DNA from: Microthyrium microscopicum
Lineage: Eukaryota
Direction of reading: 5' to 3'
Length of the DNA: 64,000 bases
NCBI GenBank assembly: GCA_010405405.1
Contig: MU004234.1
Span: forward strand, 763,818-827,817
The translations under genes were made by a program, and so were the position numbers. Positions 51,346 to 61,619 of the stretch are shown here, piece after piece; positions within the stretch are counted from its first letter, which is position 1, and each line of letters opens with the position of its first letter. Under the pieces are notes generated by a model. It saw only the letters and a program-made list of their open reading frames with translations. It searched no databases and was not told the DNA's origin.

Positions 51346-52743
51346 TCATCCTGATTCTCCCTCATTTACTTCCTCTGCGTTCTCGCGCGTCTGGCGATTG
51401 GCAAATACTGCAAGAAGGCTAAGGTCATATACGACCTTCATTCCTCCCGCCATCAAGAAAGCAATCCAAAACATATCCCTCTCCACCAGTTGTCCCGTAA
51501 TTACTGGACCAATACTCTGGGAGGCAGTCTTGACCACATTGATTGCACCCATAATGGCTGTCCTTTCGTTCGGTAATAGTATCGCAGCCAAGAAAGCACT
51601 ACGAGGGGCAGAGTCCATAGATTGAGTACTCGCTCGGAACAACAATAAAGCCATGGCCACAGGAAGCGAGGCAGGTAAGCCCAGTGCTGCAAGAGCAATG
51701 GAAGACGGTAGGTGGGTGAAAACCATGGTTTTAACGTTCCCGATACGCCTTGCCAGACTAGCAGCTACAAGCACAGAGATTGCTTGAATGATTGAGGTGG
51801 TGAAAAAAAGAGAGCCAAGTAGATTTTCGCTTAATCCGAATCTCCGTTTAAAGTAGTTCGTGATCCAGGCCAACGGCGCAATACTGGATCCTAGATTGTC
51901 CAAGGCAAATAGCAGTGCCAATGTGAGAAATATGCCCCGACTCTCCCTACTGATTTGAGGAAGCAGTGGTCTTCTCTGTTGCTTGGACCTCGCACTCGAT
52001 TGCAAAGTTTGGTTTCCTAGTAGAGGTGTCTCTTCATTGTGAATGGGTTTCGGCTCTGGTTGGAGCTCGCAAGCGTTGCTTAATATCATTGTAAGGCCCA
52101 ATTTGATCAGGCCAACGCCGGCGTAGGCAAAGAAAATGACTCGGTACGAAGCAATAATTTCAAATCCATGGTGAGCTTGGAGTGTATGGACGACCCATCC
52201 ACAAGCCATCATCCCAATTGCAGCTCCCAGTGATCCAATGAGGTTGTAGTATGCAAAGATAGAAGCTCTATCGTCCGGCAGAGAAAGATGAGCCAGTGTT
52301 GATTCTTCGATAGCTCTGAAAGGGCCGATTTCGTTGCCTGATGGACTGATGATACCCAGTATTGCTGCAGCAAGGAGAATGAAATAGTTGTCAAATAAAG
52401 CAAAAATGACACCACTACCAGCCATCATAGCAGCTCCCAAAGCGAGCATGAAGCGTCTTCCAATACTGTCCGTAATCAAAGTGAGGAAGAAACTGATGAA
52501 CACATCGCCTATCAGGGTCAATGTCATGAAAAGTCCTATGCGTGTATCTGATATGCCGAGTGTTGATAGGTAGGAGACGAGGATGAGTGTCGAGCCTCCA
52601 TATGCGATTAAACGGACAAATCTTTGCGCAATCAGCAACTTAATGTCAATGTTAGAATTGATCAACGCCATCAGCCCAAGCTCTTGAAGAATGTTGACAC
52701 CAAGCCGAGAGAGCCAGGGCGTCTGCGATGCTTCTTGATCCAT
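51346..52743 (-). CDS. MFS transporter
   Basis: ~465 aa with about 12 hydrophobic segments, DSIGRR motif-A-like, SPSGNEIGPFRAIEES, TMVFTHLPS. Confidence 0.88.
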   Translation of the reverse strand: MDQEASQTPWLSRLGVNILQELGLMALINSNIDIKLLIAQRFVRLIAYGGSTLILVSYLSTLGISDTRIGLFMTLTLIGDVFISFFLTLITDSIGRRFMLALGAAMMAGSGVIFALFDNYFILLAAAILGIISPSGNEIGPFRAIEESTLAHLSLPDDRASIFAYYNLIGSLGAAIGMMACGWVVHTLQAHHGFEIIASYRVIFFAYAGVGLIKLGLTMILSNACELQPEPKPIHNEETPLLGNQTLQSSARSKQQRRPLLPQISRESRGIFLTLALLFALDNLGSSIAPLAWITNYFKRRFGLSENLLGSLFFTTSIIQAISVLVAASLARRIGNVKTMVFTHLPSSIALAALGLPASLPVAMALLLFRASTQSMDSAPRSAFLAAILLPNERTAIMGAINVVKTASQSIGPVITGQLVERDMFWIAFLMAGGMKVVYDLSLLAVFANRQTRENAEEVNEGESG

Positions 52744-53429
52744 CGTCGAGGATATAATGAGATCGTTGGATTTTCCGCAGTCCAGGTACAGTGATGGAGT
52801 CAAGCCGTTCGCATTGTCTTGGTCGGCGGCTTCGCCTTATTATAGTGGTGAGAAGAGTTTCAACCCTTCCTTGATCTGCCAGTGGCGGATCGCTGTAGCC
52901 TAAGAGTCGCTTGAACCTTCCGCATTAGGCAATTGCGACGGCATTTCCATGGCTGTTCGCGAGTCTCGCGCGAGTCACAGCCTCCACAAAGTGGATCGAA
53001 GAATATCCTGCTTATCAAGAACCCTCTCCTAGAAATCCTTTTGATTTTTTCAATTCAAAAACGAAGTCCGCCAATATCTAAGCAGACTCCATGGTAGAGA
53101 ACCGCGACTTCGCGAGTATGACAATTTCTCGCGATGGACAATTTTAACAAGATAAAAGAAAAGGAGGGTCTCATTCCTACAGAGCTATAGATTGCTGATC
53201 AAACTGTTTTCCAAGTAGTCTTGGAATACAGTGTTAAATAGGTTGTGAATTTATGTTTCACTAGGGTTGTCAACTTGTCAATACTAACAAGGTAAGCGAA
53301 CTACTCTCGCCTCGGAAGGATTTGCTTATGAGTCAACGTCTGTTCAACCACCACGACTACAACTACCCCTTAAAGTTGCACGCCTAGTTTTCATCAAGAC
53401 AATATACCAAAAGCTTCTGGAGCTTAACT

Positions 53430-54390
53430 ATGCCGAGACCCACGCCAACTGAAATTACGTTTCGTGAATGGACTGGAAGCGATATCGTCGGTGTCGCAGA
53501 GCTCTTTCTTGTTGCTCCGGACGACGGCACTCTATATCAATTTCCAGAAGCCAAGAAACATCATCAGGAAATGCTCAGCAAGTTCATACGATATCTGAAG
53601 AGTGAGCTATTTAACCGGAAGACTCTCACGCGAATTGCGGACTTACGAACAGAGTCTGGTGAAAAGATCGTGGGTTTCTCACAGTGGCATCAAAGGGTGA
53701 AAGATCCAAAAGGTTCCGACACTTATATGCCAATAGAAGTCTTCCGACCATTGAGTTTGCAAGACCGTAAGTGTGTATTTTTATCTTTCCGAAATGCCTC
53801 TCGGCAGCGTAGCTGTCTTGCAGTCTTTCGTTCAACTCTTTGATTCCGCTCCTAGATTCTTTCATGAATAGTGTTTGACTGTAACAGTGATAAATTGGCC
53901 ACTGATGGCACTTGAGGCAACATACAAACAACTCTACTCGTGGCTACACCAAGAGGCAAATCTAGGCCTCCAGAGGAACCCAAAGAAATCAGAGGCAATT
54001 AGAGCAGGAAGGAACCGATCTCCACAATTAGAAAAGTCCATACCATGCTTTCAACTCTCTGGATTGGCGGTTCACCCGGATCACCAAGGGTTCGGAATTG
54101 CAACAAAGCTTGTTCGCTGGGGCATGGATCAAGCAAAAGCTAAGGGCGTCCCAGTCATCACTGGCGGAGAGGAAAGTGGACTGAAGTTTTACCAGAATGC
54201 ACTTGGTTTCAAACGCATTCGAGAAAGCGAGTATTGGATCGATCCCGAGGGGAATAACATTGATAGAGAAGAAGTTGAGAAAGGCAATGATTTATGGAAG
54301 AAAGTCAATGGTGGTGTTTCTGGTAGCGATGCCATATGGTGTCCTGACGGAATAGAGGTTGATTTGAAAGGATTAACACCTGGTAGTTGA
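53430..54390 (+). CDS. GNAT-family N-acetyltransferase
   Basis: KIVGFSQW, LAVHPDHQGFGIATKLVRWG (acetyl-CoA motif A), GLKFYQNALGF. Intron 53767-53887 restores the frame. Confidence 0.85.
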
Positions 54391-54801
54391 ATGGGAGAAG
54401 TACGATTCAATGCATCTTTCGACTAATGCAGCAATGCGCGAGTATTGAGCACTTCCCAGTAAGCCGGCAAATGTTGCAGTTGCTCGTGGATGGTTCTTAT
54501 GTTCCCCCTTTTGTCTACAAAATGCCTTTCTTCTCATACTAATCTCTATCGCAAAGCTTGGATTTTTTTTTGCAGTTAGTATGCCAGTCAATCCATATCG
54601 TGTTGAACACATTGTCCTTTTAATTTTGATATGGGATCGGCACACGGTGGCTTGCCAGCCATTCGATTTCACTGTACATACGGTTGACAACAAATGCCCG
54701 CCATCCTCTTTTCCTTCCGTTCTATAGCTTGTTGCGTATGTCTCTAGACTTCTGGCTTATTGCACTCTTTTATCAGAAGTCCTAGACTACAGCCTGACAC
54801 C

Positions 54802-56534
54802 ATGGGAGTCAGCCAATCGACCCATAGCGAAGACGTTGAGGCTCAACAAGAGCGAGCTGGTATCAATGCCGGCAAGGCTGATGAGAATACGCCTTTACTC
54901 TACTACTTGGAGCCGAGACAGCTCGACTTTGAACAATGTGCCAAATTGCACAACGGGATTCTCGATCTAGGATGGAATGCCGTGGGCGAGGTTCGTCCTC
55001 ACAGATCGTGGTGGGAGTACTACTTTGGTCCGCAAGATACAGGTAGGAAAAAGCCAACTGACCCGGGGCGCTCAATAATTATTAAAGCACAGAACCACAA
55101 AACAGCTGGGAGAGGTATAACCGGGATCCCAGTACGGCTACCGAGCTTGAAAAGCGCTTACCTGAATCCTTGATCAAATTTTTGAAACTGGCTGGTCATG
55201 ATTATCCAGGACACGATGAAGAAAGAAGTTTCTTTCTATATGTGAAAAGACTATGGGAGCCGGCAAATATGATTGCCTGCTTAAATGGGGATGGAGCATA
55301 TTGGAGTATCAAGAACAAATACATATGCCTATATGAGAGCAACTTTGGAGGATTCGTAGTGTGATTATCCACAGCCCTTATTTGTTGTTGTGTTACTGAC
55401 CTTTTTGCTGCATAGATTCAATATAATCGACATGACGGCGCGAATCACGCATGAGGCGGAAAACAAATTATCGCAAATTGTACCTGAGTAAGCTGGTCCT
55501 CTTAAATCCGAATGATCATGGTTTTTGGAACATCCAAACGACTGAGAAATGCCAAGCTAACTCTACATAGAGATGATGAACTCATGCAGCCAGGTATGAA
55601 ATGGATGACTTTAGAATCGATAATAGAAGCCTTCGTGGAAATGATCGAGCAGAACCGAGTCATGGTACTACGTGAGGATCCAGATCCCAAAACGCAGTCC
55701 CTTGAGGTTAATGGATTTTTCTTCTTATCAACACTGCCTTGGCATCTTTCCTTAGATGATGAAACTATTGTCAACATAACAGTCGCAGCCTGGGATACCC
55801 TTTTATCGGCAGTCGAGTCACGCTTGCCAGCTCAAAAGTCACACCTTATCGAGTACCAATCTTCTTATAGCGAAGACATTATCGCTTCTTGCGATATTCA
55901 CGGTTTCTTTCTGAAGAAGTTCCTTCTCAAGGCCAAAGTCCCAAGCTTCAAATACGTCGCGCCAGGTCTCAGGACAATACCATCAGAGGAGCTCCACGCC
56001 AGCCAACCATTTCAGAATACAGATCTATCTATGCTCTGCACAGATATGTGGAAGGACCAATGGACCCAGCGTCGATTTAAATACTACCCATTTCTGTTCC
56101 TCCATGGCGACACAACTATTTCAGGAGGAAAGAGAGTGCTAGGCTATCCGTGGGAAAACGCTTCAAAATTCGAGACCGGATTATATCTTCAGCCTTCAGG
56201 GTACATTGAGCGACCAGATGGATGTCGGCTCCTCCTCCCATTCTCTATGGCACCTGGTGAATGGCAAACATCAAGCCCGATTAAGTTGCGCTATGGTTAC
56301 GATGGACTGTATCAACCCAAATCATTGACGGTTCAGCATGATCTACTTCCCGAAGTCCAAGATGAAATAGAGTGTGCGTTACGATTAGAACTTCTGTTCA
56401 AGAATTGGACAAGTATGATTGAAAATGGACATTGGGAAGTTGGTGCAGATGGAGTGATGGGTGGACTTGAGAAGTTCAAAGAAGCTGACACGGGAGGGAA
56501 TTGGCATCTATATTTTCTAGGAAGAACATGGTGA
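54802..56534 (+). CDS. Fungal hypothetical protein (multi-exon)
   Basis: Exons join across GT-AG introns (e.g. ~55043-55092). Motifs CAKLHNGIL..GW, WMTLESII and FKNWTSMIENGHWEVGADGVMGG..FKEAD resemble a recurrent fungal family of unknown function. Confidence 0.7.
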
Positions 56535-56571
56535 AAATCCTTAAAGCTGTAACTCAATTTGCAGTATCCGT

Positions 56572-57421
56572 TGTGAAGGGGCGACCAACAGGGGCTGTTT
56601 CAGCCAAGAATAGGTGTTATTTAGATCTCTGAAGGGGCTAAGATTCTGGTTCCTTAAGCATATTTTAACCAATACAATTACCATTAAATCCTCTATTGCC
56701 GCTCCAAGAACTATTAAATTGGGGGCTAAACCATGGACGGCAATATGATCTTTTATCCTCACATTCTCTTATTAAACGATTTACTACGTTTAAACTAACG
56801 GACGCTGACGACGACTAGCCTTTCGTTGCCTTTACCATCATATCTTCATTATCGAACGACGACGTCCTTTATTAAGCACTCATTAAAATCCATTAGAACT
56901 AGCTGCGTTTGAACTGACGGCAGCATCTTACTCTATAAATTTACTATAAAATGGCCCATAGAGAGACAAAGAAGCATAAACCAAACTAGAGCTAATTACA
57001 TAGTGTTAAACGCATGGGATCACCTGAGTTGAGTCGCTATGGGCTGTTTTGATAACTAAATAGAACGGAATGGTTACGGGATTTATATTTGAACGAGGGT
57101 CGACGATTCTGGCTATGATTTGGTAGTATGAGGACCTTAGGAGGAATTAGTGCTTTTAACGAACGAAAAGGGCTGCTAACGAGTGTAATTGAAGGGATGG
57201 GCAACAACAACAAACGAGCAAGCTTTTGCTACGAAGATTAAGATTGTATCTTGACCTTAATTGTCTATGGAATAGTTGTGAAGGGGCGACCAACAGGGGC
57301 TGTTTTAGCCAAGAACAGGTATTATTTAGATCTCTGAAGGGGCTGAGATTCTAGTTCCTTAAGCATATTTTAACCAATACAATTACCATCAAATCCTCTA
57401 TTGCCGCTCCAAGAACTATCA
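56572..57421 (+). mobile_element. TRIM-like non-autonomous LTR retroelement (850 bp, 145-bp LTRs)
   Basis: LTRs at 56572-56716 and 57277-57421 (TG...TA and TG...CA), CCGT target-site duplication (56568-56571 and 57422-57425), PBS-like TGGGGGCT just after the 5' LTR, no internal ORF. Confidence 0.88.
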
Positions 57422-59338
57422 CCGTATGATTATATTTTCTGCACCAACTGAATAGAAGAATGACTTGTCGAGCCACTAATAAATAGTGGCTTCGCACCGT
57501 GCCGCTCGCTCCCGCCACTTGAAAGACACTAGCCCGATGTCTGTGACCAATCGAAACCAGGAGCAAAACCGGCTCCCTGCGTGTTTTCCCTTCGACGCAT
57601 TTTCGTGCTTCCAACGGTGTACCCATTTAGTATAGGTGCATCCTGAGGTGGATCCTACCTACAGTGTAAGTCGTCAAAGGCCCCTAGGTGTCAAAACATC
57701 AACCTGGCCAACACTACCAACCTCATTTCTCAGTCCTACTGAATACTGACACTGGCAAACTGCAAACACCAACAGATTCCAACACTACTACTCAAACTAC
57801 CGAGATCGTTCATCTTCCTATGGAACACGATTTGAACGATGATCATAGCCAGGTCATGAAGTGGTACTTCGAGCGTATGGGTGCTGGAGGAGGTTTTCGT
57901 CTTCCATGGTGGCGCTTCTATACATAACAAAGGAGATGGCGGGGATAGCAATTGGCGATATTCTGGCAACGTAAAAGCTGCGAATGAGAGCTTTGCTCAG
58001 TTCGGATCTATTGCATGTTCAAGTTTCGCTTTGATTAAGAATACAGTAATGGCTTCATAGAGTATCGCAGCCCAGACTGTTGATGTTAAGGATGGGGTCT
58101 GCTCTGTAGAATACACCCACACACCCGGACACCCCCTGGCATATGTTCGAAGGTTGTTACGGGCCAATCACAAGAAGAATAGTTGCTTCGATTAGCAATC
58201 CCTACTAATGCAGTATTCTAGATGACGATTAGACTATATCCCATTGAAAACTAAGATTCCATTTCTCCATAATCGTCCAGTCACTTGCACGCGAGCACAT
58301 CGAGCCTTACAGCCTTTTGTGGATTACGACTTGCATACTTCCACATGGCTACCTAGGTACACAACGGCATGGCAAAATTAATGGCGTACTCCCATCAAGT
58401 TTGATGGCGCGCAGACGCTACGGTCTGTCATCGAGTGCTTTATTTGCTATAAAGGGCGTTCGGATTGGGAATATTTATCAGATAGGATGGGAATTCAAGC
58501 ACCTTTTGGCTAGCAGCGCTAGCGGTAGCCATTAGAGTTGATGGGATTACGCCATTTATTTCGCCATGCCGTTGGTACATTACCGATGACCATTGAGCAG
58601 ACTTCCAAAGTTCTGATATACCCTCTATTGCTTATGACACAACTCCCAACCCCTTATCTTTTCTTCAGTTTATCGCTCCTAGACCATCATAAATATCATG
58701 AATAGCGAGTAAGAGGGCTGATAGAAAACCAAGACGACAAGAATAAGTATCTATAGTTAGATCAAATTGATGACTTGTGCACCGCACCTAACGATATTAT
58801 ATTACCATTTTATCGGAAGATGCCGCCGATGATGCGTCTATTCCTAGATTCTGTATTGAAGTGCGAAACTGCTACTCATCAATTTTCAAATTAGTTTTGC
58901 TATGCGATCCTTTTGATTATATTTTCTATTCCAAAAAGCAGTCTTCAAGATTATATGTCCGCGATTCGAATCAAAATATGATAACGACAAGGCTAAATGC
59001 TCAATATAGAAATAAGCGGGTTGATAGAGCGCTTGGCAATTGCCCTATAAGGTTCTTGTATTTGGTCATTGCTTAATATACACAGATGCAATGACTTCAT
59101 TTACACCGTGATAAAATAGGTAGATATCCGGACTTGAATTGTATCTCCGTACTATCTCTGAGACAGCACAGTCTATCGCTACACCAAGATCGTACCTTGA
59201 TAATTGGTTTCGTCACTATTTCCGGAAAGTGTCTATAAAGACTTTGATGAGCAATCGCGCCGATTGTCAAATAATTGATTCTTCGATTTCCATCACTCGC
59301 TAAATCAGCCATATTAACCGATTTGGATTTGCGTCATT

Positions 59339-60892
59339 ATGACTTTCTCATCGCAAGCAACTGCGACAATTTTGGTTGCGCTTGCTCTGTTCAGCGGATC
59401 TCAAGCCCAGACTTGCGCCGGCGTTGGCAACGGCACAGCTGTAACTGCTGCAAAAGGATTTTCTGCGTATCTTCTAGCCAAAGGACTCACATCGCCACGA
59501 GGGCTTGTCTTCGATCCTGAGGGTCATCTGCTCGTTTCCCAAAGAGTCACCGAAGGCAATTCCAAAGATAATGGTATCTTCGCTTTGAAGCTGAAGGATG
59601 AGGGTGGCTGCGTCACTGTAGTATCCAAGGAGCTCATCGCGGCGCATCCACAAGGAGCTGTAAGCAATTTCGGATGCGGTGGATAAGTTTTGAGATGCTA
59701 ATGAACAATTCGTCAGCCCAAAGACGAGCCTCTTAACCATGGCTTGACACTATCTCCAGATGGAAAGACGCTATATGCGTCTAGTATGACGCATGTTTAT
59801 GCATGGCCATATGATGCTAAGTCGATGAAGACAACCGGCGAAGCCAAATCCATCATCACTGGATTTGGTGCGAGAGGAGGCCATTCTACTCGCACACTTT
59901 TGGCTCTAAAGAAAACCCCTGGAACCATTTTGGTTAGTCGAGGCTCCGTGGGGAATCTGGACCCGGAAGCTCGAAACGTCAACTCCGGCGATAGTCAAAT
60001 CCGGGCATTTGATGTGTCGGATCCTTTCAAAGAGCATAAGTATACCGACGGTTATTTGGTCGGCTGGGGGCTACGCAACAGTGTTGGCTTAGGCGAGCAC
60101 CCAGTAGATGGTGGAATCTGGAGCAACGAAAATGGAAATGATAACATGAATAGAACTGGTCAGGGTATTCACAACGATTCTCCAGGCGAGGAAATTAACT
60201 ACCACGGTACGATGAAAAACAAGGAACGCCATGGAAAGAACTTTGGCTATCCAGACTGCGTTGCTGCATGGAACATCCAAGGAATCCCAAACAATGAAGG
60301 CCTTTCAATCGGAAAGCAGTTTACTCACGATTACTCGGTATCCAATGGCGTTACAGATGGGAAGTGTCAAAAGGATTATATCCCACCAGCAATCACTCTT
60401 CCAGCACATTGGGCTCCTATAGATATCGCATTTAACACAAATGGAACTGTAGCTTATATGACAAGCAAGGGCAGCTGGTTCGTTGACTTCTTTACGCTCA
60501 ACATGAACATCAAACTAATTATCAACAGGAACCGTAATCCTCCCGATGGTTTCAAGCTCTTTGCAATCACTTTCAAAAACGGCAAGCCAATTCACTCAAG
60601 CTCAAGCAAAGATGCAGTGATTCCAATCTTGTCTTCTACACACCTTCCCAAGGGTCCAGTCGCAGGCAATCCTTCGAAAATGAACAGTGCAGACTGCCCC
60701 GATTGCATTCGACCCACTGGAGTCACATTTGATTCCAAGGGCCGATTGTTTGTTGCAAGCTCTGGAGCCACTCGAGGTGAAATCTTCATTGTTGTACGAA
60801 ATGATGGGAAATCAGTAGATTCATCGACAGCTGAAGAGTTGGAGACACTGGAAAAGTCGACGTCTGTACCGGCTATGGGCATGCATATGTAA
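59339..60892 (+). CDS. Secreted PQQ-dependent sugar/sorbosone dehydrogenase (AA12-like beta-propeller)
   Basis: Signal-peptide-like MTFSSQATATILVALALFSGSQA, GLTSPRGLVFD, NHGLTLS, GHSTRTL, GWGLRNSVG, NENGND, PAHWAP, CIRPTG. Introns 59660-59716 and ~60479-60528. Confidence 0.88.
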
Positions 60893-60906
60893 GGACAGAC
60901 AGCTAC

Positions 60907-61105
60907 ATGACAAAATAACTGGCGTTCTCCCATTAGCGTCGATGGCTCCTACGAACGCTGTCAATCAAAAGATGTTATATTTCCCATCGCATTCAATAAA
61001 TTGCCCAAGTCTGAACGCACTTAGTAGTTGATAAAGCACTTAATAACAGCTCGTCTTATATAGGAGCCATCGTACTCGCTGGGAGCGCGCCATTTGTTTT
61101 GTCAT
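60907..61105. repeat. Hairpin/MITE-like element, copy B
   Basis: ~45-bp imperfect TIR: left ATGACAAAATAACTGGCGTTCTCCCATTAGCGTCGATGGCTCCTA versus right (reverse complement) ATGACAAAACAAATGGCGCGCTCCCAGCGAGTACGATGGCTCCTA. Confidence 0.75.
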
Positions 61106-61619
61106 CCCCTTGGACAGAGTAGCTCATAGCAAGAGAACCCGAGATAGGAATAACTCTTCTGCTTCTATACAATACTTGATTTTACCTTGCTCGCCCTTAT
61201 CAGCAGGGATAACGTTACCGAATGCTCCTCTAGCCTCGAGGTTTTCCCTTCTCCAGTAATTTCCTCAACGAAGCACTACTTCCAAAGAAGGAGCTACAGG
61301 TCACTTACGCTTCCTAAGGTACAGATCTATTGCATAAAGAAGGTTGCTCTCGTGAACAGGATAGATTCGAGATCTTGGCTTGGGTCAATGAGAACCATGA
61401 CATACAGTCAAACTTTTCCCCTAGAAAATGAGAGGGAGGTTGGGCGCTGTACAACTTAACAATTGGTGCCCTATGACAGTGGTTCTGGTCCTTTGCTAGA
61501 TAGGAAGGCGTTTTCTGTCCAAAAGTAGCACTTATACACTAGAGTCTAGCCTAGATACCTACCTTAGGTACTTACCTGCCTTAGGTACCATAGCGCGCGA
61601 CGGGGGGTAGAGGACATAA

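Noticed and set aside
55160..55175. Apparent frameshift in the hypothetical gene
   Set aside because: Explained by an intron at ~55043-55092 that restores the frame.
57688..57969. Short ORF ending ...FRLPWWRFYT
   Set aside because: No motif, repeat structure or other coding evidence.
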